32,000 nt of DNA from Wolbachia endosymbiont strain TRS of Brugia malayi (GCF_000008385.1 NC_006833.1:900001-932000); one strand, 5' to 3'; positions 1 to 12,289 are shown, counted from the stretch's first letter. Made by a program: numbers and translations. The notes: generated by a model from the letters alone, not told the origin.

Positions 1-2335
<2,335 letters not shown>

Positions 2336-2451
2336 TTTATTCGACTATATGCAGAATATGCAGAGTTAAATATTATTGAAATTGAACTGAGATTAAATTA
2401 ATCTCTACCATAAAACTTGTCAAACATCTAAAAACTAAATTAACTTCTTAT

Positions 2452-2480
2452 ATATTAGAAACCAATAAATAATATGTCAA
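2452..2480 (-). promoter_or_regulatory. Candidate sigma70-type promoter for the 23S rRNA (TTGACA-N17-TAATAT)
   Basis: The minus strand reads gcgTTGACAtattatttattggtttcTAATATa. The -35 is at 2480-2475 and the -10 at 2457-2452, with exactly 17 nt between them, about 110 nt upstream of the mature 23S 5' end. A weaker second match, TTGACA-N17-TAATTT, lies at 2423-2395. Confidence 0.4.
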
Positions 2481-2683
2481 CGCTTTTTTACACAAAATAT
2501 TTACTTACGTTGGCAAGGATAATATACTGTAATCCTAAGTAGGTAAAATTTTTAACCTAAATAAGTGATAAAGCAGAATTATATACAATGAAAATTAATG
2601 AAAAAAATATTTTGTAATATAAAATGCTTTAAAAATCGATTCTGCTCAAAAATGATAATGAACATTAAGGGTATTTTTAAGGT

Positions 2684-3757
2684 ATGAAAAGCAACTTATC
2701 CTTCGTAAGTATTATTTTAAATTTTATTTATAAGTTAATCGGTATGTTTAACCTTAAGAAGGCTAAACAATTCGCTGTAAATAAATATAACGCTCTCCAT
2801 AAGGAAACAACAGCATTTCTTGAAAAACCCAAAAACCTATTAAGCACTAATATTGAAATCGGTTTATATCACTTCTATAAAGGTAACATCTCAGATGCAA
2901 AATTACGATTTTGGTTAATCGGCATGTTTTATTCCAATTTACCTATAGTTTGGTACAACATAGGGAGGTGTCATTTTGCAATGGGAAATACCAGTAAAGC
3001 TTACACCTATTTAACAAAGACACTAAAACTAGACAGTAATTACGAAGAAGCGTCTTATTACATAAAAAAAATGACAAATCCAGCACCTATTATAAAATTG
3101 CCTAAAAATATCATAAAACAATATTTTGATTACACTGGAGAACATTTTGTCGAGCATTGGTTAATCGCTAAACAATATAGAGGTCATGAACTCGTACACA
3201 CGGTAATTACAAAAATTTTTAACGATTCCACTTCTGAACTCAACGTACTTGACCTTGGTTGTGGAACTGGAATATGCGGTCATTTCTTAAAAATACACAA
3301 TACTGGGAATCACATAACAGGAATTGACATTTCAAACAGAATGCTAAATATTGCTAGAGGATGCTTTATAAAGGGTAAACCTGTTTATAATGAATTAATA
3401 CATATAGAAATGACAGAGTTCCTTAAACAAGAGAGAAATCACCTATATGATGTCATTATTTTCGCTGAAGTGCTACATTATTTGCATGATTTTAAAGCAG
3501 AACTGGAATTAGCAAAAAAATCTACGAGTAAAAAAGGTGCAATTGTATGTTTAATAAGAAGAAAGGAAGGTAAAGGTATTGACTTTGTAAATAAAGGAGA
3601 TTACTTCCGTCACTCAGAAAGTTATGTTCAACATGTTGCAAAAGAAATAAATATGCAAATAAGCTATATGAGTTATTGTAAAATATATGGAAGTCAGGTT
3701 GATGGTATCTTATTTGCATTACAGTATCCACAAAAAAAATCGAAAAGCCTAACTTAA
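2684..3757 (+). CDS. SAM-dependent methyltransferase with TPR-like N-terminal region
   Basis: 357-aa ORF with the class I methyltransferase motif I 'VLDLGCGTGICG' and a downstream 'DVIIFAEVLHYL' motif. The N-terminal half has TPR-like 'YNIGRCHFAMGNTSKAYTYLTKTLKLDSNYEEA'. The true start may be the internal Met at residue 21. Confidence 0.75.
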   Translation: MKSNLSFVSIILNFIYKLIGMFNLKKAKQFAVNKYNALHKETTAFLEKPKNLLSTNIEIGLYHFYKGNISDAKLRFWLIGMFYSNLPIVWYNIGRCHFAMGNTSKAYTYLTKTLKLDSNYEEASYYIKKMTNPAPIIKLPKNIIKQYFDYTGEHFVEHWLIAKQYRGHELVHTVITKIFNDSTSELNVLDLGCGTGICGHFLKIHNTGNHITGIDISNRMLNIARGCFIKGKPVYNELIHIEMTEFLKQERNHLYDVIIFAEVLHYLHDFKAELELAKKSTSKKGAIVCLIRRKEGKGIDFVNKGDYFRHSESYVQHVAKEINMQISYMSYCKIYGSQVDGILFALQYPQKKSKSLT

Positions 3758-3811
3758 AGCATTACTATTGCTTAAAACAGTGTCTATGTACAATAAAACA
3801 AAGAGGAATTT

Positions 3812-5596
3812 ATGAATAATATTATTATTAATCATGAAAAAAATGGCAAATTGACCGATTTTGGGAAAGCAGTTCTATCAGACAGGTACTTAATAGAAAA
3901 TGAAAGTTATCAAGATCTCTTCATACGCATTGCCAACTACTATTCTGATAACAAAGAGCATGCACAGCGTCTTTATGATTACATGAGCAATTTGTGGTTC
4001 ATGCCTTCAACACCAATACTTAGCAATGGTGGCACCAACAGAGGATTGCCTATCTCTTGCTTTCTTAATGAAACCGAAGACAGTCTGCAGGGAATAGTCG
4101 ATTTATGGAACGAAAATGTCTGGCTCGCCGCACGTGGAGGAGGAATAGGTAGTTACTGGGGAAATTTACGTTCAATTGGCGAAAGTGTAAAAGGCAGTGG
4201 TAAAACATCAGGAATCGTACCATTTATTGTGGTGCAAAATGCTCTAACACTCGCAATTAGTCAAGGGTCCTTAAGAAGAGGAAGCTCAGCAGTTTATCTT
4301 CCTGTATCCCACCCAGAAATAGAAGAGTTTCTGGATATACGCAAGCCAACAGGAGGAGATCCAAATCGCAAAGCATTAAATATACACCATGCTGTGATAG
4401 TAGATGACAGATTCATGCAAGCTGTTGAAAGCGACCTAGAATGGAATTTAATCAGCCCTTATAACAACAAAGTTATCTCAACAATCAAAGCACGTGATAT
4501 ATGGATTAAAATACTAACAGCGAGAATTGAGACTGGAGAACCTTACATTATCTTCCTCGATGCAATAAATAACAATAAGCCAGAGTCTTACAAAAGACTC
4601 AATTTAGATATCAAAATGTCAAACCTGTGCAGTGAAATTACTTTAACTACAGGCTACGACCACCTAAACAAATTGCGTACTGCTGTGTGTTGTCTATCGT
4701 CAGTAAATCTTGAATACTATAAAGAATGGAGACACAATGAACTCTTCATAGAAGATATAATGCGTTTTCTTGATAACGTACTGGAAGACTTTATAAACAA
4801 AGCACCAGACGAAATACAGCGAGCAAAGTATTCTGCAATGAGAGAGCGTAGTATTGGCCTTGGTGTGATGGGCTTTCACTCATTTTTGCAAAGTAAAATG
4901 GTTCCTTTCGAGTCAGTAACAGCACAACAGTGGAACAAAAAAATATTTAAGTATTTACGCAAGCAAGCAGATATGGTCTCTAAAAAATTAGCAGAAGAAA
5001 AGGGAGCATGCCTTGATGCTAAAGAAATCAATCTAATGGAAAGATTTACACATAAACTTGCTATCGCCCCAACTGCCTCAATTTCTATTATTGCAGGCAA
5101 TACTTCCCCTGGAATCGAACCATATGCAGCAAACGTATTTACACAAAAGACACTAACAGGTTCATTTGTAGTGCGAAATAAATTCTTGCAAAAACTATTA
5201 GCAGAAAAAAATCAAAACAATGATAAAATATGGTCTTCGATTTCGACAAATGAAGGTTCTGTGCAGCACTTAGATTTTCTTAACAAGCATGAAAAATTAA
5301 CATTTAGAACAGCATATGAACTTGATCAAAGATGGATTATAGAACACGCAAGTGATAGAACCCCATATATTTGTCAATCTCAATCAGTAAACTTGTTTTT
5401 ACCTGCTAATGTACATAAACGTTACTTGCATAAAATACACATGCTTGCTTGGAAAAAAGGTTTAAAGAGTTTATATTATTGTCGATCACAGTCAATGCAG
5501 AGAGCTGACAAGGTTTCTCATGACATATTCAAAGCAAGTGAAATGTTCCAGCAAAGAACAGATATTGATTATAGTGAATGTTTGTCATGCCAATAG
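3812..5596 (+). CDS. nrdA: Ribonucleoside-diphosphate reductase, alpha (large) subunit, class I
   Basis: 594-aa ORF with the catalytic 'NLCSEITL' Cys-Glu motif, 'PTASIS', 'SQSVNLF' and a C-terminal redox Cys pair 'CLSCQ'. An aggaa RBS precedes the ATG. Confidence 0.93.
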   Translation: MNNIIINHEKNGKLTDFGKAVLSDRYLIENESYQDLFIRIANYYSDNKEHAQRLYDYMSNLWFMPSTPILSNGGTNRGLPISCFLNETEDSLQGIVDLWNENVWLAARGGGIGSYWGNLRSIGESVKGSGKTSGIVPFIVVQNALTLAISQGSLRRGSSAVYLPVSHPEIEEFLDIRKPTGGDPNRKALNIHHAVIVDDRFMQAVESDLEWNLISPYNNKVISTIKARDIWIKILTARIETGEPYIIFLDAINNNKPESYKRLNLDIKMSNLCSEITLTTGYDHLNKLRTAVCCLSSVNLEYYKEWRHNELFIEDIMRFLDNVLEDFINKAPDEIQRAKYSAMRERSIGLGVMGFHSFLQSKMVPFESVTAQQWNKKIFKYLRKQADMVSKKLAEEKGACLDAKEINLMERFTHKLAIAPTASISIIAGNTSPGIEPYAANVFTQKTLTGSFVVRNKFLQKLLAEKNQNNDKIWSSISTNEGSVQHLDFLNKHEKLTFRTAYELDQRWIIEHASDRTPYICQSQSVNLFLPANVHKRYLHKIHMLAWKKGLKSLYYCRSQSMQRADKVSHDIFKASEMFQQRTDIDYSECLSCQ

Positions 5597-6064
5597 ATGC
5601 TATATAGAGATCCTTATGAATTTCTAAAGTCTATTCCAAAAGACAAATGCATAATGTGTCTTGACATGGGAGAGAAGCAAATAGGCATAGCGTTCAGTGA
5701 TAAAACTCAGCTCATAGCTACAGCACATAGCGTATACTACAGAAAAAATATAAGCAAAGATTTAGGTTATCTAAACAGAATATTCAAAAAAAATGAAGCT
5801 GGATCAATAGTAATCGGGTTACCACTGGAAATAGATGGACAAAAAAGTGAATGGTGTAAAACCATAATCAAATTCGCAAACAAAATGATAAAAAAATACA
5901 AGGTAAGCACATATTTACAAGATGAAAGCTTGTCAACGTCTATTGCGGCTCATACACTAAAGATTAGCGGAGTATCAACCACAAAATCAAAAAGAATAGA
6001 TGATAAAATTTCCGCATGTATTATTTTACAACGGACATTAGATAAGATAAATGTAATTAAATAA
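5597..6064 (+). CDS. ruvX: YqgF/RuvX-family putative pre-16S rRNA nuclease / Holliday junction resolvase-like protein
   Basis: 155-aa ORF with the N-terminal 'CLDMGEKQIGIAFSD' motif (the LGxDxGxKxIGxAxSD signature) and 'VIGLPLEIDG'. Its ATG abuts the nrdA stop. Confidence 0.85.
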   Translation: MLYRDPYEFLKSIPKDKCIMCLDMGEKQIGIAFSDKTQLIATAHSVYYRKNISKDLGYLNRIFKKNEAGSIVIGLPLEIDGQKSEWCKTIIKFANKMIKKYKVSTYLQDESLSTSIAAHTLKISGVSTTKSKRIDDKISACIILQRTLDKINVIK

Positions 6065-6069
6065 TTTTT

Positions 6070-6110
6070 CTTGAGTTGTTGAATTTAAAATGCACAATTG
6101 AATAATAAAA
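6070..6110 (+). repeat. About 40-nt relic matching the 3' end of the TenA-like pseudogene at 7521-7561 in inverted orientation
   Basis: 6070-6105 is cttgagttgttgaatttaaaatgcacaattgaataa. rc(7521-7561) is cttgagttatttaggataaatgcacaatttgaattaa. The blocks CTTGAGTT (8/8) and AAATGCACAATT (12/12) are shared in the same order, with a 10-nt versus 9-nt gap. Confidence 0.6.
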
Positions 6111-6599
6111 CTACCTCACAAAATAAGAACTTTTTGTATAAACGTGGCAAATCGCTACAGCGAGAGCATCAGCAGCATGGTGGCATTTTATATTTAAATT
6201 TTTAATTATCTGTTTCACCATGAATATAACCTGATCCTTATCAGCATGGCCATTTCCGGTGATGCTTTTTTTTACATAATTTGTATCATATTCATTCATA
6301 GTTAACTCTGTTATTTCTAATACTAAAATTACAATCCCTCTCGCATATCCTAAAGTTAGTGAAGATTTTGGATTCTTATTAACAAAAATTTTTTCTATTG
6401 CAGCTTCACTTGGAGAATACAGAGAAATTACCTTCTTTAATTGTTCAAAAATTACATGCAAGCGTTCACCCATACCGAGCTTATTACCAGTTGATATAGT
6501 GCCACTGCCTAGAAATTCGATATTGCTTCTTTCATCCATATCAATAATAGCCCACCCGGTTTTACTCATTCCCGGATCGAGACCTATTATTCTTGTCAC
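6111..6599 (-). CDS. ruvC: Crossover junction endodeoxyribonuclease RuvC
   Basis: 162-aa ORF with 'IIGLDPGMSKTGWAII' (catalytic Asp motif) and C-terminal 'HHAADALAVAICH'. It has a GTG start directly abutting the coxC stop. Confidence 0.92.
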   Translation of the reverse strand: MTRIIGLDPGMSKTGWAIIDMDERSNIEFLGSGTISTGNKLGMGERLHVIFEQLKKVISLYSPSEAAIEKIFVNKNPKSSLTLGYARGIVILVLEITELTMNEYDTNYVKKSITGNGHADKDQVIFMVKQIIKNLNIKCHHAADALAVAICHVYTKSSYFVR

Positions 6600-7418
6600 T
6601 TAAAAAACACTTAGCCAATAAACAAACACAAACAAAAATATCCAGACTATATCTACAAAGTGCCAATACCAAGAAGCGAATTCAAAGCATAAATGATCCT
6701 GAGGTGTAAATTGATCTTTCCGCGCTCTGAACAAACATACTGACAAGAATATTATTCCTATTATAACGTGCGCACAGTGAAAACCGGTAATCATATAAAA
6801 ATTGGATGCATAGATTCCTGCTTCTTGTAAAGAGAAACTCGTTTCATGATACTCTATTGCCTGTACTATTACAAAAAACACTCCAAGTAATATAGTTATG
6901 TACAGCATTTTAATCATGCTCTTTTTATCATCTTTAAATAAAGAGTGATGTGCCCAGGTAATTGTTGTACCAGAGAGTAATAATATTAACGTATTCATGA
7001 ATGGTAGCGACCATGGATCAGGCAGTAAAATTCCCTCAGGAGGCCATTTAACTTTTTTTGTAGGAGAAAACGTTTCAAACAAAAAAACCGGATCAAGCCA
7101 GGCTTTAAAGAATGAACAAAAGAACACTATAAAAAATACAACTTCTGAAAGGATAAATAAGTACATTGCAAACTTGAGTCCATGCTTGACAATTGCAGTA
7201 TGGCACTTATCATAAATGGCTTCTTTTACTACATCTTTCCACCAATAAAACAACACTCCTGATACTGCAGAGGTTCCTAAAACTAAGCCAAATATCCCAG
7301 AAACCTGTTTATGGAGCGTGCCAACTAATCCAAGCACAAGAATAAAAATTGCAGCTGACATGGCAATTGGCCAAGGACTTGAATCCACTAAATGAAAATC
7401 ATGTTCTTTACTTTTCAT
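6600..7418 (-). CDS. coxC: Cytochrome c oxidase subunit III
   Basis: 272-aa polytopic membrane ORF beginning 'HDFHLVDSSPWPI', with 'GFHCAHVIIG' and 'WYWHFVDIVW' motifs typical of subunit III. Confidence 0.93.
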   Translation of the reverse strand: MKSKEHDFHLVDSSPWPIAMSAAIFILVLGLVGTLHKQVSGIFGLVLGTSAVSGVLFYWWKDVVKEAIYDKCHTAIVKHGLKFAMYLFILSEVVFFIVFFCSFFKAWLDPVFLFETFSPTKKVKWPPEGILLPDPWSLPFMNTLILLLSGTTITWAHHSLFKDDKKSMIKMLYITILLGVFFVIVQAIEYHETSFSLQEAGIYASNFYMITGFHCAHVIIGIIFLSVCLFRARKDQFTPQDHLCFEFASWYWHFVDIVWIFLFVFVYWLSVF

Positions 7419-7504
7419 ACACCATCTTCAAAAACATGTATTAAGCATACAAATTAGCTTAAAATTGTCAACGTTTCTTAGAAACTTGATCGAATTTTGG
7501 AAAT

Positions 7505-8118
7505 TTATGCGCTGTCCCAAAAGTTTAATTCAAATTGTGCATTTATCCTAAATAACTCAAGTATTCTGCTTCTCTCATTTCCTCCTACCTTTTTGCAATA
7601 TTCATCAACAATATCCTCTAAAGCAGTGCATCCATATGCTATTAAATTACTGCTACAAAAACAAACCAGTCTTTTTATCTGTTATTTTTCCTGAATTCAC
7701 CTTTCATACTATCAATGACAATCTTACATACAAATATACAAGAATATAAAACTGTTATAGTTTCATAGGCATTACTACATGAGAAAGAAAATTGGTAAAT
7801 TCGAAGCATACAGAAGATTTTTCTACTCTTTATACTATATATAGCAAAACAGTGACTACACAGAAATCTGTTAGCAGCTATTGACCCCTGTGCCACCCTA
7901 GCAAGCAGGACTATGTATCATAGTTTTCTATTCTTGATGCCATAACTAATACGATACGAACATAATCATCTAAAAATAATACATCCTGTTGAATACAGAA
8001 CTTAAAACTCTCTATGTTTAAAGTATTATTCATCAGCCCAACATTTTAAAAGGATGATCTATATTATATCCCTTAAGAGGTTTGACCCACAACAGCTCCT
8101 AATTATACCACTAAACAT
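7505..8118 (-). pseudogene. TenA/THI-4-family (thiaminase II-like) pseudogene, copy 2
   Basis: Minus-strand translation across several frames gives 'MFSGII..', 'IDHPFKMLG', 'NTLNIESFKFCIQQDVLFLDDYVRI', 'LYSCIFVCKIVI' and a clean C-terminus 'ALEDIVDEYCKKVGGNERSRILELFRINAQFELNFWDSA*' with its stop at 7505-7507. This order matches the TenA motifs HPF, FxxYxxQD, PCxWxY and ExxFW. It is interrupted by stops and frameshifts. Confidence 0.6.
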
Positions 8119-8172
8119 TACAGTACCAACAAGATTAAGTTAATATAGATAATCCACTCCAACATTTCCCCA

Positions 8173-8849
8173 TCATGAGATACTAGAATAATACATCTCA
8201 TCCTAGAATACCAGCTAAAGTTTTAATCCATTACGAAAGAACTCCTATATATTTTTTCGTTCATCATTGCCGGATTTTTTACATAGATTGTTCATAATTT
8301 CAGTTACATCGTCAATCATATTACTCGCCACGTCAGTGTTAAAAAAATCTATCCGCTTTTGATATTTATTGCCAGTAGTGGCGTTACCTCTCACAATGTA
8401 ATGAACAACTATTTGACATATACAGAAGCATGGGTAAGATGCTGCTAAACCTTCAGCAATAAAATTATGATATGTAATGTACATGAAAAATTCAGTAAGG
8501 GCAGAGCAAGATTTTGACTTTTTGTGGTTGTCGGATAAATTACAATCTGCAAAATGTTCCTTATAATAATCTCGTGTAGCAAATGTTCCAATAGCTATAT
8601 CAGTTAACTTATCCATTATTTCAATATTGTTAGCTTCAGCTGCAATAACCAGTAAAACTCAAGTATAATCTGTTACATATAAAAAATTCTGCTGAAGATA
8701 AAATTAAAACTTTTCATAATCTAGCGTACTACTCATTAATTCAATATTAAAAGGATGTTCTCTATCTTTTCAATAAGACCAGATGATTCTCTTATAGCTA
8801 TATCGTAGAATTCTCCTTCCTGTTTTGTTATACATTTTGTGAGTTTCAT
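8173..8849 (-). pseudogene. TenA/THI-4-family (thiaminase II-like) pseudogene, copy 1
   Basis: The minus strand reads 'MKLTKC...IENILLILN*', then 'STLDYEKF*FYLQQNFLYVTDY', then the 123-aa ORF 8245-8616 with 'AASYPCFCICQIVVHY' and 'KYQKRIDFFNTDVA' (compare TenA YQKWIxxYxxDxF). It ends 'FFRNGLKL*LVF*DEMYY', which is ExxFWD with TAG at the Glu and Trp codons. The length is not a multiple of 3. Confidence 0.6.
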
Positions 8850-8950
8850 AAATATAAAAATTGCTATTAATGTAGTATAATTATTATGAAAAGCTAATTG
8901 CGCTTTAACAATAAGTTAGCATACCAGTATTGAACTATAAATTAAAAATC

Positions 8951-10123
8951 TTAGCAATCTAAAGAAACTTTCCTATTACTTTGCACACTAAATTCTCTAG
9001 AAAGATCAAGAGATAAGTTCAAATTTTCCCAAGAAAATCCATCATCCTCTTCTGATTCTTTACCAAAGTGTCCATAACAGGCTGTACGTTTATATATAGG
9101 ACGGCTAAGTGATAAATGTTTAATAATACCCCTGGTTGATAAATCTATATTACTCTCAATAAGCTTTTTAATTCTTTCTTCATCTACCTTATTTGTACCA
9201 AATGTATCAATGTAAAACGAGGTAGGCTTTGACACACCAATTGCATAAGAGAGCTGCACAAGACAGCGCTCGGCTAAATTTGCAAAAACAATATTTTTAG
9301 CAAGGTATCTCGCCATATAAGCTGCAGATCTATCAACCTTTGTTGCATCTTTTCCAGAAAATGCTCCCCCACCATGTGGAATATAACCTCCATAAGTATC
9401 AACCATAATCTTTCGTCCGGTTAATCCACAATCACTAACCGGTCCACCGATGACAAACCTACCAGTTGGATTGACAAAGAAATTTTCCTCGGCACACATC
9501 CACCCTTTAGGTAAAGACGAAACTACGTAAGGGTAAATTATTTCTTTTACTTTTAATTGATCCAAATCTTCAGGATGCTGTATTGAAACGATAATACTTT
9601 CAGCACGTACTGGAAGATTACTCTCATACGCCAAAGTAATTTGCGACTTTGCATCCGGACCAAGTTTTGCTTCCTTAACCACACTCATGACGTTTTTCAG
9701 AATAGAGTGCGCATAAAAAATGGGTGCTGGCATAAGGCTTTTTGTTTCTATTGTTGCATAGCCATACATTATGCCCTGATCTCCAGCGCCTTGATCCACC
9801 CCTATAGCAATGTCGTTTGATTGTTCATGCAGCAACATATTTACTCCGACTTCTCCCCAGTGAAAACCATCGTGCTCGTAACCAATATCTTTTATTGTAT
9901 TCCTTACAACATTTTCAATTGTGCTATTTGCAACGTTAGGCCCAAATACTTCCCCAGCTATAATAACATTATCTTTGGTAACTAAAGTCTCTATCGCAGT
10001 TCGTGAAAAAGGGTCAGTTAAAAGGTATTCATCAAGTACTGCATCCGAAATTTGATCCGCTACTTTATCTGGATGACCAGCTGCAACCGACTCACTGGTT
10101 ATTAAATTTTTACGTAAACTCAT
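8951..10123 (-). CDS. metK: S-adenosylmethionine synthetase
   Basis: 390-aa ORF with 'TSESVAAGHPDKVADQISDAVLD', 'GAGDQGIMYGYA', 'GGGAFSGKDATKVDRSAAY' and 'DCGLTGRKIMVDTYGG'. Confidence 0.95.
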   Translation of the reverse strand: MSLRKNLITSESVAAGHPDKVADQISDAVLDEYLLTDPFSRTAIETLVTKDNVIIAGEVFGPNVANSTIENVVRNTIKDIGYEHDGFHWGEVGVNMLLHEQSNDIAIGVDQGAGDQGIMYGYATIETKSLMPAPIFYAHSILKNVMSVVKEAKLGPDAKSQITLAYESNLPVRAESIIVSIQHPEDLDQLKVKEIIYPYVVSSLPKGWMCAEENFFVNPTGRFVIGGPVSDCGLTGRKIMVDTYGGYIPHGGGAFSGKDATKVDRSAAYMARYLAKNIVFANLAERCLVQLSYAIGVSKPTSFYIDTFGTNKVDEERIKKLIESNIDLSTRGIIKHLSLSRPIYKRTACYGHFGKESEEDDGFSWENLNLSLDLSREFSVQSNRKVSLDC

Positions 10124-10183
10124 GCTTTAGATCTGCTTATATAATAAAAGTTATTATAAAAAATCTAGCTAGCAACCATCAAA

Positions 10184-10260
10184 TGGTGGGCCTGGGAAGA
10201 GTTGAACTTCCGACCTCACGCTTATCAGACGTGCGCTCTAACCACCTGAGCTACAGACCC
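10184..10260 (-). tRNA. tRNA-Ile (anticodon GAU), CCA encoded
   Basis: The rc reads GGGTCTG TA GCTC AGGTGGTTA GAGC G CACGT CTGATAA GCGTG AGGTC GGAAG TTCAACT CTTCC CAGGCCC A CCA. All four stems of the cloverleaf pair. Confidence 0.9.
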
Positions 10261-10281
10261 CTGATTTATTCAAGCTGAAGC

Positions 10282-10539
10282 TTATACATTATCTACAGGT
10301 ACAATATCAATAAAAGTCTTTTTATTTACTGACTTTCTAAACCTAATCCAGCCTTCCACTTTAGCAAAAATTGTATGATCTTTACCCATACCAACATTTT
10401 TTCCAGGATGAAACTTTGTACCCCTTTGACGGACGATTATGTTACCAGGAATAACTTTTCCGTTCTTTTTTATTCCTAACCTACAACCTGCGGAATCCCT
10501 ACCATTACAGGAGCCACCACCTGATTTTTTAGTTGCCAT
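10282..10539 (-). CDS. rpmA: 50S ribosomal protein L27
   Basis: 85-aa ORF '[53 protein letters not shown]'. Confidence 0.95.
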   Translation of the reverse strand: MATKKSGGGSCNGRDSAGCRLGIKKNGKVIPGNIIVRQRGTKFHPGKNVGMGKDHTIFAKVEGWIRFRKSVNKKTFIDIVPVDNV

Positions 10540-10549
10540 ATCTTACCCA

Positions 10550-10852
10550 TTATTTTTGAAGATTAATTTCATTGATACGAAGAACAGTTATATACTGCCT
10601 ATGACCAGTTTTCCTACGGTAATTTTTTCTTCTCTTCTTTTTAAAAATTATAATTTTCTCTCCTCTGCATTGTTCAAGCACTTCAGCCTTAACAGTAGCA
10701 TCAGTTAAATAAGATAAACCGTTGCCTGAAAGGCAAACTGCCTTATCAATCTCTACCTCCTTTCCTTCCTCAGCTTCTAATTTTTCTACTTTTATTACAC
10801 TACCTTTTTTTACTAAATACTGCTTCCCACCTGTTTCAATCACTGCAAACAT
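10550..10852 (-). CDS. rplU: 50S ribosomal protein L21
   Basis: 100-aa ORF '[20 protein letters not shown]...[11 protein letters not shown]', directly upstream of rpmA in the conserved rplU-rpmA order. Confidence 0.95.
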   Translation of the reverse strand: MFAVIETGGKQYLVKKGSVIKVEKLEAEEGKEVEIDKAVCLSGNGLSYLTDATVKAEVLEQCRGEKIIIFKKKRRKNYRRKTGHRQYITVLRINEINLQK

Positions 10853-10891
10853 AACAAATATACACTTTCACTGTTAACTTTAATTGTAAAG

Positions 10892-10909
10892 GACGTCATA
10901 TATGACGTC
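10892..10909. promoter_or_regulatory. Perfect 18-nt palindrome GACGTCATATATGACGTC, 40-57 nt upstream of rplU
   Basis: Read directly: 10892-10900 gacgtcata and 10901-10909 tatgacgtc are exact reverse complements with no spacer. It sits between the ankyrin pseudogene end (10963) and the rplU start (10852). Confidence 0.35.
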
Positions 10910-10962
10910 AAGACAAATCCTCTCAAGCTATATCAAATACTTTCAGTAGTCACAGAACTGCA

Positions 10963-12250
10963 TTATGAGCTAAAAGCAACTCTACAAGTCCTTGGGATTG
11001 CATCCAGCAGCATAGTATAATATTGTTCTACTTTCATTACTTTTAGCGTAACGTCTACGTTGTGTTTTAGTAGTACTTTTGCTATGTCAATCCTCCATCT
11101 TATAACAACCTAGTGCAATGGAGCGTTATCATCCTTACCCTTAGCATTAACATCGGCACCTTTTTAATGAGATATTTTGTCATTTCGATGTTTCCATTTC
11201 TGGTAGTACGATGTAGCAAAGTTTTGTTGCACTTGTCTTTTATATTAATACCTTTTTCTATAAAAAATTCTACTACTTTTAGTTTTTCACTCTCAATAGC
11301 AAAGTGTAATGGAGTCTGATTACCTCTGTTTTTAGCATCAGCAACTTTGTTGATCAGGCATTCCGTTATTCTAAAGCTTCCACATAATGCAGCTATGTGT
11401 AAAGGAGTACTGCCTTTTTTGTTTTTAACATTAACGCCAGCACTTTTTTCAACAAAGTATTCTATTGTATCCACGTTATCATTTTGAGCAGCAGAGTATA
11501 ATAGAGTACTACCATATTCATTTTAAGTGCCAATCCAGCACCTCTACCGATAAGATATTTAATCATATCTAACTTCCACTATAAGCAGTAACATGCAATA
11601 GAGTACCATTATACCTATTCTTTATGCTAATACCAGCGCATTTGCTAATAAGGGTACTCTACTATCTTCAGTTTCCTACTCTCAACAGCATAATGTAGTG
11701 GAGTTCAGCCATATTTATTTTAAGCATCAATATCAGCGCCTTTACTGACTGCTACTTTATTACTATATCTGATTTTTTACTATATATTACAAAATGTAAC
11801 AGAGTACCATAGGAAATAGTTCCACAGCATTATCGTTAATGTTAGCACTGTTGTTCACCAAATATTTCATAACATTCAGTTTCCTGCTATGAGCAGCCTC
11901 ATGCAAAGCAGTGCAACCATATTTATTTTTGTATCAATCCCAGCGCCTTTGTCAAGTAGGTACTTAATAATACCTAACTCTTCATTACCAGTAGCCATTT
12001 GCAGTGGACTCCAGACTTCTCTTAGCATTAACATTAGCACCTTTGCTAACCAACCATTCTACCATATTCAATTTTCCATTTCCAGCAGCGATGCATAATG
12101 GTGTTTGACCACAATTGTTCTCAGCATTAACAATTTTTCCTATTTTACCCGGAACGCCTTTCTATACGGGTTAGTATAGCCTTATTGCTTTTACAGTCAT
12201 CACTTTCAGCAAGTAAATGTAAAGGAGTGCTTTTCTTCATAAAAACCTAT
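10963..12250 (-). pseudogene. Ankyrin-repeat protein pseudogene (about 10 or more repeats, many stops and frameshifts)
   Basis: The minus strand begins 'MKKSTPLHLLAESDD' (ATG 12250-12248). Repeat units follow, such as 'NCGQTPLCIAAGNGKLNMVEWLVSKGANVNAK', 'GSTLLYSAAQNDNVDTIEYFVEKSAGVNVKNKKGSTPLHIAALCGS' and 'GNQTPLHFAIESEKLKVVEFFIEKGINIKDK'. After a frameshift comes 'KKGADVNAKGKDDNAPLH*VV..RIDIAKVLLKHNVDV'. Only ORF 11100-11474 remains open. Confidence 0.8.
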
Positions 12251-12289
12251 TCTTTATATGTATACAAGATGAGTTAAAGTAAAAATCAC

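Noticed and set aside
6211-6226. tgtttcaccatgaata resembling a parS half-site (TGTTTCAC)
   Set aside because: Only one half matches and the second arm is absent. It lies inside the ruvC coding sequence.
10003-10278. 91-aa plus-strand ORF spanning the metK start and tRNA-Ile
   Set aside because: It is antisense to metK and runs through a tRNA gene, so it is spurious.
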